Shown here in pieces: positions 47,715 to 54,104 of a stretch of 54,104 bases of DNA. The translations under genes were made by a program, and so were the position numbers. The notes under the pieces are model-generated. The model was given only the letters and a program-made list of their open reading frames with translations. It was not told the DNA's origin and ran no database searches. Position 1 is the first letter of the stretch. The number at the start of each line of letters is the position of its first letter. The stretch comes from Planctomycetia bacterium (lineage in GTDB: Bacteria > Planctomycetota > Planctomycetia > Pirellulales > UBA1268), in the NCBI GenBank assembly GCA_009924545.1, contig RFRL01000002.1, positions 1 to 54,104 of the forward strand. Direction: 5' to 3'.

Positions 47715-47761
47715 TAGCGGCGGCCGGACTCGAACCGGCGACACCCGGCTTATGAAGCCGG
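47715..47761 (-). other. 3' half of a tRNA-Met(CAU)-like gene (anticodon stem to discriminator): putative att core of an integrative element
   Basis: The minus strand reads CCGGC-TTCATAA-GCCGG-GTGTC-GCCGG-TTCGAGT-CCGGC-CGCCGCT-A. This gives the anticodon arm (CAT), variable loop, T arm and 3' acceptor strand. No complementary AGCGGCG 5' acceptor or D arm lies upstream, so it is not a complete tRNA. Confidence 0.7.
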
Positions 47762-48630
47762 AAGGCGACAGCGGTACACCCCTGGAAAACAAGGGTTTGC
47801 CGGCACCCCCTGCCGAGCGTTGCACCCCCGGTTGCACCCAAACGGCAGAACGGCTCGACGTGCTCGCCCGGGCGGTTGCCCTCGTCGCGTCGCTGCCCAT
47901 CCCCGACGCCGACCGTGCCGCCGTGCTCGCCCGAGTGCTCGAACAGGGGGAACGCGGGGCCGACACCTGACGCCGAGCGGGGGGCACTAAGCGGGTACGG
48001 GTCCCTCCCCGGCGAGCTGCCCTGCCCCCCTGCGTCGAACTCCCCCCATGGGAACACTGCCGCCCGAATCGCTTCCGGACGGATCCTCTTTCCGCTCGTG
48101 GAATACCGCGGCTTCCGCTGATCGTTGATTCATTGCCCGCGAATCACCCGGAATCGGCCGTGCTCGCCAGAGAACCAGGACCGGCCAAATAGCGGCCATC
48201 CCTAGTAAGCCGGGAAAGCCATCGAGAAACCGGCCGCCCCGCGGCGCCGGCTAGCCAGTGCTGCATACCTCCCTACCGGATAGGATGATCCCCCCGGCAG
48301 GAGCGACCACGTCGGCAGTGACTGTCCAAAGACTCGGAACCTCATCATCGCGTAGTCGCCGCTGGTGTTGCTGCTCCTCATCACGGCCGTCGCGCTGCGC
48401 GTCATGGGTGCGACCTTGGGCGGCAAGCGTCAATACGCAATGGCAACACGGACCGCAGCGTCTGCCGACGCAAGGCGATGCGGCGGGCTTGGCTGGACTG
48501 GAGCCGAGACGGTGGCGGTTCCACGGCTACTTGCGGTAGAGGCCTCAGCCAGAAACCAGCGGCTCTAGAGCGGATGCGTCTACGCAAGCAACAGGCTATC
48601 AGTGTTGGGCAACAATCGCGGAGCTGTCCA

Positions 48631-49113
48631 ATGTCACCAACTGACGAATCAATCGAGTACCTTCCAAAAATCGACACGTCGGCGAAACCGTGCCCAAAAG
48701 TCACGCCACCGGTCCCTGGCGACAAGCCACCCGCAACGCCACCCAGCACAAAGGATGCGATCGTTGGATGCGGTTGCCTCTTCATGCTGGCGATGCTCTT
48801 GATTGGAGGGTGCTTGTCGCTCTTCGAATCGGCTGGCGTGCTGTCGCGATCCGACGACGAGTTGCAGATAGACGGTCAAGTCGTCTTGAGGCAGTGGGTA
48901 GAAGACAAAGCCAGCTCACCGCTCGCGGTAAAGTGGCCGTGGTTCGCAATCAATTTTGCTGGTCGCGATGGGGCCGTCTTGTCCTATAGCGGCAAAGTGG
49001 ACTTGCAGAACGCGTTCGGACAGTGGCAGCGGGTTGTATTTGTTGCAACGGTCCGGATGGAGTCGGAGAAGGGGGGGAGGATGTGGGTAGAGAAGTTCAT
49101 CCGGCTGAAGTGA
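48631..49113 (+). CDS. Hypothetical membrane-anchored protein (island cargo)
   Basis: GGAG lies 9 nt upstream of the ATG. G+C is visibly lower. Pro-rich linker, TM helix IVGCGCLFMLAMLLIGGCLSLF, and a ~90-aa extracytoplasmic domain. Ordinary amino-acid composition. Confidence 0.55.
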   Translation: MSPTDESIEYLPKIDTSAKPCPKVTPPVPGDKPPATPPSTKDAIVGCGCLFMLAMLLIGGCLSLFESAGVLSRSDDELQIDGQVVLRQWVEDKASSPLAVKWPWFAINFAGRDGAVLSYSGKVDLQNAFGQWQRVVFVATVRMESEKGGRMWVEKFIRLK

Positions 49114-49483
49114 TGGGTTTGGCATAGCCGTCGGCACCCGATTCGGGCCTCAGGCGTATGCGGTAGAGCCGCAAGAAATGTCAGCAAACGGGCTGGAGAC
49201 CAGCTCTTTCGCGTGGTGACGCTGCGCCCCGCCTTGCGGGTCCTCTCCCGGGTGAGTCGGCGGCATGTCCGCATGTCCCTGGCGAACTCCCCCTAGCGCG
49301 CGACTCTCTCCCGGCCGTTGCCCTGACTGCGGCCGGATGGGGTTGACGAGGAGGTGTACGGGCGTTCCCATACGGGCGGTCGCGTCGCTCCCGGCCGGGG
49401 GCAACGCTCACGGCCCCGGGCTGCCAGCGGTTTCCCGTGCCGCCGGCAGCCCCGGGGCCGGCCGTCCTCACGGGAACTTCACC

Positions 49484-50341
49484 ATGGCTCGCCGCCGCCG
49501 GCGTTCGGCCAATCGGCCGAAGCCCCGTCCATCGTCCGGTCCCGCGTTGAGGCGGCCATGGCTCACCCCGAACATGCGGAAGCTCGCGCGGGAGTGGCCG
49601 GCGCGCTGTAAAGCGATCCTTGAGTCACCCGAGATGAAGGAACGCTTGGCACGGCTACGTCAAAACGTGGCCGACGCGCAAGTGCTCTGGCAATCGCTCG
49701 CCGGCTGCCCGATGCCCACCAGTTACGGGGAAGCACAGATACAGGCCGTCCGGTTCGGTATTCCTGCGGAAAGGGCTATCAGCGGGAACTACACGCTCCG
49801 CGATCTTCACCATTTCATGATCGCCCGGCACTTGAAGGCGCTCGACAACGAGACTGACCGCAGGCGAGCCGCAGCAGCCGAAGCGGAAGTGCGGCGCGGG
49901 GGCGGCGGTTCGATTGCAGGGGGAGCGGCGCCGACACCGACGGTGCCGCTGCTCGCCCCACCGCCGCCACGAACCGCCGAAGCCGTCGGCGGGCCGAAGA
50001 CGACCGAGGACGAAAAACTCGCCGGCATCGTGCGGCGGCTTACCGACAACGCCTGTCGTGTCCTCACGTATCTGCTGACTGAAAACGCCACTTCCTACCG
50101 CAATCCTCGCCCCCGGCAACGCATCGCCGACGAACTCGTGCTATCCATCGACGACGTGAAGGCCGTGCGGCGCGAACTCAAGAAAGCCGGCGTGCCCATC
50201 GATAGCGAACCCGGGGCGAAGGGTGGGTGGTGGCTGACTCCCGACGGCGTGCGGGTTGCCGAAATTGTCGCCCGACAAGCGCAACCCGCAGTCACAGGGA
50301 AACCCGACGGCAGTAACAAACCGGGGGTGAACCGGGGGTGA
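49484..50341 (+). CDS. Hypothetical protein with a C-terminal winged-helix-like segment (island)
   Basis: The start MARRRRRSANRP is chosen within the 358-aa track ORF. The C-terminal RVLTYLLTE..RQRIADELVLSIDDVKAVRRELKKAGVPIDSEPGAKGGWWLT resembles a wHTH. Confidence 0.5.
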   Translation: MARRRRRSANRPKPRPSSGPALRRPWLTPNMRKLAREWPARCKAILESPEMKERLARLRQNVADAQVLWQSLAGCPMPTSYGEAQIQAVRFGIPAERAISGNYTLRDLHHFMIARHLKALDNETDRRRAAAAEAEVRRGGGGSIAGGAAPTPTVPLLAPPPPRTAEAVGGPKTTEDEKLAGIVRRLTDNACRVLTYLLTENATSYRNPRPRQRIADELVLSIDDVKAVRRELKKAGVPIDSEPGAKGGWWLTPDGVRVAEIVARQAQPAVTGKPDGSNKPGVNRG

Positions 50342-50456
50342 ACCGGGGACAGATTTCACCGGTTTGCCCCTCGTTGCCGACCGTCGAATGGGAAAGACTC
50401 CGGGTGTCACTTCAAGCACGGTGCTCGGGTGACGATGAACCCCAAGGGTCTTTCCG

Positions 50457-50711
50457 ATGCCCGTTTCATGTACCCCCGACGATGTTGACGACGCCCGGCC
50501 GAAGGTACAGCCGGAACTCATCGACGTTGCTCACTTCGCCGAACTGCTCGGCGTCAGCACGCGACACGTGCGACGGCTTGTCGATGCCGGCAAGTGCCCA
50601 CCCCCCGTGCGGCTCGGCCGTGCGTGCCGCTGGTCGCGGCGTGTTGTCGAAGCGTGGATTGCCGATGGCTGCCCCTCGTGCCGCGTTCGCCGGCAGGGGG
50701 TGGACCGATGA
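50457..50711 (+). CDS. Excisionase/AlpA-type helix-turn-helix DNA-binding protein
   Basis: LIDVAHFAELLGVSTRHVRRLVDAGKCPPPVRLGRACRWSRRVVEAWI matches the excisionase-family HTH pattern. Confidence 0.7.
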   Translation: MPVSCTPDDVDDARPKVQPELIDVAHFAELLGVSTRHVRRLVDAGKCPPPVRLGRACRWSRRVVEAWIADGCPSCRVRRQGVDR

Positions 50712-51205
50712 CAACCCCCCGCAAGTCGCTGGTCGACGTGCTCGCCGGCACGTCACGTGATGAACTCGCCCGCCAGTTCGCCGAAGCCGAAGCGGCTGGC
50801 GACATGGTGGCGTTGCCCCGGGGCACGTACCGATGCCGGCTCACCGGCGGGGAACTCGTCGCCTCGAAGACGAACACGCCCGGGTATCAGTTGACGTTCA
50901 CCGTCGACGGCGGGGAGCACCGGGGCCGCAAGGTGTGGCACACGGCGTGGCTGACGCCGGCCGCACTGCCCATGTCGAAGCGGGACCTTGGCAAGCTCGG
51001 CGTCGCGTCGCTCGACATGCTCGAACGCCCGTTGCCCGCCGGCATCGTGGCCGACGTGCGGGTCGTGGTGCGGGCCGACGACGACGGCGTCGAGCGGAAC
51101 CGAGTCTCGGGCTTCGACGTGGTCGCCGTGCTGCCCGACCCGACGGGCGACGATGACTTCCCCTCAACGCTATCCGGCGCCACCGGGGAAAGGGGGCTGG
51201 CATGA
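50708..51205 (+). CDS. DUF669-like phage protein
   Basis: LPRGTYRCRLTGGELVASKTNTPGYQLTFTVDGGEHRGRKVWHTAWL follows the DUF669 pattern (LP.G.Y..i...e...sk.G...l.f.v..Ge..Gr). There is an ATGA overlap with the upstream gene. Confidence 0.6.
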   Translation: MTTPRKSLVDVLAGTSRDELARQFAEAEAAGDMVALPRGTYRCRLTGGELVASKTNTPGYQLTFTVDGGEHRGRKVWHTAWLTPAALPMSKRDLGKLGVASLDMLERPLPAGIVADVRVVVRADDDGVERNRVSGFDVVAVLPDPTGDDDFPSTLSGATGERGLA

Positions 51206-52038
51206 GCGACGACGTGATCGCGGGCTACAGGGTTCATCCTGCGGCTGCGGTGTTTCCGCTGCTGGACGGTGAGGAGTTCGAGGATCTGGTCGAGTCGGTC
51301 CGCAAGAACGGCATCTTGCACCCGGTAGTTGTCCGCAGCACGCCCGAGGGCGACGAGCTGATCGACGGCCGGAACCGACTGCGTGCTGCCGAGGTGATGC
51401 GAAAGTCTGGTCACCGGTGCGAGGTTCCGGTGACTCGATGGGACGGCTCGATGGGCAACGTCTGCGAATGGATTTGGGAGACGAACGCGACCCGCCGTCA
51501 GCTCACCGATGATGCCGTCACCCTGGCATCGGCCGCCATCTGGCCGTTGATCAATGCCGAGAACCGGGCACGCAAGGAGGCGGCGCAGTTCGACAGTGAG
51601 AAGGCGAAGGCTGCCCGCGCGACGGTTCGTACGGAATCGTACGAACCGTCAAAGCGGGACACGAAGGCCGAGAACGCCCGCTCCACCGTCGGCCAAGTCG
51701 CGGCGAAGGCTGGCACGTCGATGCACAAGGCCCGGCAAGCGGTCGCTGTGCAAAAGGCGATCGGTGCGGGCGAGCTGCCGGTGAGCACCGCGAAGGAAGT
51801 GATGAAGGGTGAGAAAAAGCTGCGCGATGTGGCGCCGAAGAAGGGGCCGTCGAAACAGTCACAAAGCAATCGCCTGAAAGACAAGCTGATGACGTTGATG
51901 ATTGACGTTCGGCGTGCCGTGGAAAAGTTGGATGAAACCTGTGGCCCGGAATCGGCGCGGCGACAAACGGTCGTTGAGGAACTTCGGCGCTTGGCCAACT
52001 ATCTCGACAAGAGCGCCAGAAAGGAAGGCGGGGCATGA
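51202..52038 (+). CDS. ParB-like nuclease-domain protein
   Basis: The ParB N-terminal domain carries the motif ILHPVVVRSTPEGDELIDGRNRLRAAEVM. There is an ATGA overlap. Confidence 0.75.
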   Translation: MSDDVIAGYRVHPAAAVFPLLDGEEFEDLVESVRKNGILHPVVVRSTPEGDELIDGRNRLRAAEVMRKSGHRCEVPVTRWDGSMGNVCEWIWETNATRRQLTDDAVTLASAAIWPLINAENRARKEAAQFDSEKAKAARATVRTESYEPSKRDTKAENARSTVGQVAAKAGTSMHKARQAVAVQKAIGAGELPVSTAKEVMKGEKKLRDVAPKKGPSKQSQSNRLKDKLMTLMIDVRRAVEKLDETCGPESARRQTVVEELRRLANYLDKSARKEGGA

Positions 52039-53105
52039 GTGCTGCAACGCACCCCCACGGCTTCCGCATCATCGGGCCGTGCACCGGCGACCGTCGCCGA
52101 GTCGATGCCGCCCGGGCGTTCCTGGCGTACTGCCAGTGTGACGCCCGGGCACGTACCGACGAGGAAGGGTACGTGTCGGCGTTCCAGTTTGGCGACGACT
52201 TCGCCGAGCACCTGGCACGCACCGGCTCGCCGGCGGGCTTCGCCGGCTCGACGTGGTCGCCGTTCGTGTGGCTCGACATCGACCGCGACGAGTCGGCGGG
52301 GGGCGTGGCCCGTGCCCTGGCCGATACTCGGCTGCTCGTCGACACGCTCGTCGAGACGTTCGGCGTGCCCCGGGGCGTGCTCGTGCCGTTCCTGTCGGGA
52401 GGGAAGGGATTCCACGTTGGCATACCGACGGCGCTATGGGTGCCGCCGGCATCGGCCGACTTCCACCTTGTCGCTCGGCACTTCGCCGAATCGGTGGCGG
52501 GCGAAGCGAAAGTCGCCGTCGACGCCGGCGTCTTCGACAGGGTGCGGGCGTTCCGGGCACCGAACAGCCGGCACCCTCGAACCCGGCTTCACAAGCGGTA
52601 CGTGCCGGCTGACGAACTCGACGACGTGACGCTCGACGACGTGCTCGGGATGGCCCGGCATCCGGCCCCGTTCGACGTGCCCGCGGTTGACGGCGTCGAA
52701 TCGGCCGACTTCCTCGTCGCGGTGTGGGGTACCGCTGCCCGGGCCGTCGCCGAGAAAGCTGCTGCCGCCGAACAGCGGCGGCAGGAAGTCGCCACCGGCG
52801 AGCGGGGCGGGACGGTCAACCGCAGTACTCGGGCGTTCCTCGCCGGCGACGTTGAAGTCGGCGACCGGCACCGGCGGCTCTACTCGGCTGCGGCGAACCT
52901 TGCCGAACTCGGGTGCCCCCTGGCAGCCGTCTCGGCACTGCTCACCGAACCGGCGCTCGACTTGGGTTTGACACCCCGAGACGTGGCCCGGGCGATTGAA
53001 AACGGGGCACGCCGCGGGCACCCGTTCGTGGCCCGAGCCGGCGAACTGCTCGGGGGTACCGTCGTCGCCGTCGAGCACCGGCAGCCGGTCGGGAGGGCGA
53101 CATGA
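52035..53105 (+). CDS. Archaeo-eukaryotic primase (AEP/PrimPol-like) with a PriCT-type C-terminal domain
   Basis: AEP motifs WLDIDRD (DxD), SGGKGFHV (sGxGxH) and FRAPNSRH. C-terminal RSTRAFLAGDVEVGDRHRRLYSAAANLAELGCP is PriCT-like. There is an ATGA overlap. Confidence 0.7.
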   Translation: MSAATHPHGFRIIGPCTGDRRRVDAARAFLAYCQCDARARTDEEGYVSAFQFGDDFAEHLARTGSPAGFAGSTWSPFVWLDIDRDESAGGVARALADTRLLVDTLVETFGVPRGVLVPFLSGGKGFHVGIPTALWVPPASADFHLVARHFAESVAGEAKVAVDAGVFDRVRAFRAPNSRHPRTRLHKRYVPADELDDVTLDDVLGMARHPAPFDVPAVDGVESADFLVAVWGTAARAVAEKAAAAEQRRQEVATGERGGTVNRSTRAFLAGDVEVGDRHRRLYSAAANLAELGCPLAAVSALLTEPALDLGLTPRDVARAIENGARRGHPFVARAGELLGGTVVAVEHRQPVGRAT

Positions 53106-54016
53106 CGGGTAAGCCGGCGAGCGGGGCACGCTACGTGACGGGCGACGCTGTCTTCGCCGGGTGGCGGGATGACGTACACACCGGCACCGGCCCCGTCGTC
53201 TATCCCCACGGGCTGCCGACGCCCGAGTTGTCCCCCGGGCATGTCGTGCTCGTCGGCGGGGCACCGGGGGCCGGCAAAACGGCCCTCGTCATGGCGTGTG
53301 TCGTCGAAGCCTTGCGGCACACCGGCACGCTCCGGGCACTCGTCGCCAACGTCGAAATGTCCCCGGCTGCACTGCTCGATCGACAGCTCGCCCGGCTCTC
53401 GGGCATCGAAGCCGAAGTGATTCGGCACCGGCGATTCGCTGCCGAGCACACCGACCGGGTCGACGCCGGGCTTGCGACCGTCGAGTCGTTCGTCGAGCGG
53501 TTGGCGTTCCTCCAGCCGCCGTTCGACCTCGCAAACGTGGCACACGCTGCCGACGCACACCATGCCGACGTGCTCGTGCTCGACTACCTGCAACGCATCA
53601 TGCCGCCCGGCGACATCGCCGACCCCCGGCTTCGGGCCAACGCCGTCATGGACACGCTGCGGCAGTTCGCCGCCGCCGGCGTGTGTGTCGTCGCCCTGTC
53701 GGCGGTAGGCCGCAGCCGAGACAACGCCGGCCGCAGCACCTACGCCGGCTCGGCGCTGTCGCTGGCTTCCTATCGAGATAGCGGGGAACTCGAATACGGG
53801 GCCGACGATGCCTACATCCTCGCCCCCGTCGACGACACCGACGCCGACCTCGTGCGGTTCTCGCACGTGAAGTGCCGGCACGGTGCCCAACGGACGGTCG
53901 ACCTACGCTTCGACCGGGCTCACCAAGCGTTCACGCTGCTCGACGACGCCGTTGACGCCCGGCCGGCCCCGACGCCGGCCGCTCGATCACCGCGCACGTC
54001 ACCTTGTGGTGCGTGA
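53102..54016 (+). CDS. DnaB-C/RepA-like (RecA-fold) replicative helicase ATPase
   Basis: Walker A LVGGAPGAGKTALV, Walker B HADVLVLDYLQRI, and ALSAVGR / SGELEYGAD motifs typical of DnaB-like C-terminal domains. Confidence 0.75.
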   Translation: MTGKPASGARYVTGDAVFAGWRDDVHTGTGPVVYPHGLPTPELSPGHVVLVGGAPGAGKTALVMACVVEALRHTGTLRALVANVEMSPAALLDRQLARLSGIEAEVIRHRRFAAEHTDRVDAGLATVESFVERLAFLQPPFDLANVAHAADAHHADVLVLDYLQRIMPPGDIADPRLRANAVMDTLRQFAAAGVCVVALSAVGRSRDNAGRSTYAGSALSLASYRDSGELEYGADDAYILAPVDDTDADLVRFSHVKCRHGAQRTVDLRFDRAHQAFTLLDDAVDARPAPTPAARSPRTSPCGA

Positions 54017-54104
54017 CCGTGTAGGCGACCGTGCCCAGCCGCCGGCCACGCGGGGGCCGCTCGGCGCGCGGGAAATCCCACAGGCCCTCCCACCACTCGC
54101 CGGG

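Larger units (their letters stand above)
47715..54104. mobile_element. End of an integrative element / prophage-like island (continues beyond the window)
   Basis: The orientation of the tRNA 3' fragment places the element at higher coordinates. The segment has locally lower G+C and carries excisionase-type HTH, DUF669, ParB-like, AEP primase-PriCT and DnaB-like ATPase genes. No integrase or intact tRNA is in the window. Confidence 0.6.

Noticed and set aside
47715-47800. Complete tRNA gene
   Set aside because: The anticodon arm, T arm and 3' acceptor strand are present, but no 5' acceptor strand (AGCGGCG) or D arm can be formed from the upstream sequence. I therefore called it a fragment.
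47644-47970. 108-aa ORF
   Set aside because: Its N-terminal half is a translation of the tRNA fragment. Only the last ~45 residues look protein-like, and they lack a convincing start; a TTG at 47797 is possible but unsupported.
48202-48426. 74-aa minus-strand ORF in the island cargo region
   Set aside because: It has no SD, atypical composition and no recognisable motif, so the evidence is insufficient to call it.
53931-54104. Open minus-strand frame entering from the window end (PGEWWEGLWDFPRAE..VAYTVTHHKVT), reminiscent of NUDIX/MutY C-terminal motifs
   Set aside because: Only 58 codons are visible, it overlaps the helicase 3' end by 86 nt, and the motif resemblance is weak. It cannot be supported without the downstream sequence.

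Overview
The window is very GC-rich, estimated by eye at about 70%. It carries gene families typical of Planctomycetota: a PSCyt/DUF1549-DUF1553 plus DUF1501 pair, a DUF1559 prepilin-like H-X9-DG protein, and a giant LamG/beta-propeller/CxxCH/ThuA protein. I support about 40 protein-coding genes. All calls rest on motifs read from the supplied translations; no database search was possible.

Gene content from left to right:
- A 5'-truncated trypsin-like protease and a stand-alone GyrB-type Toprim protein.
- A secreted MBL hydrolase, then a dimethylformamidase-like plus ureohydrolase pair.
- An ArsR / ABC ATPase / ABC-2 permease::M1 peptidase operon with ATGA start/stop overlaps.
- An Aas-like acyltransferase/carrier/AMP-ligase, then Fe-ADH plus ALDH.
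- MFS plus GATase1-like genes, then the pyrimidine salvage genes cdd, upp and deoA.
- An outer-membrane protein cluster.
- A UPF0261 / PEP-hydrolase-like / giant secreted protein operon.
- AraC and LuxR-type regulators.

The right-hand 6.4 kb (47715 to the window end) looks like the end of an integrative element. It is bounded by a 47-nt tRNA-Met(CAU) 3' half and carries an excisionase, DUF669, ParB-like, AEP primase and DnaB-like helicase module.

The most unusual locus is 43389-44401. A signal-peptide-bearing 84-aa peptide with 17 cysteines (metallothionein-like) sits behind a Cys-motif membrane protein and is flanked by hairpins.

Other oddities:
- Three single-nucleotide frameshifts in short runs: Fe-ADH, an OMP, and the PSD protein.
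- Several perfect in-frame tandem duplications.
- A triplicated 3' end of cdd.
- An amber stop inside a coding tandem repeat.
- A pseudo-receiver response regulator.

Many very long ORFs in the six-frame track are high-GC shadow or run-on artefacts, and I rejected them.
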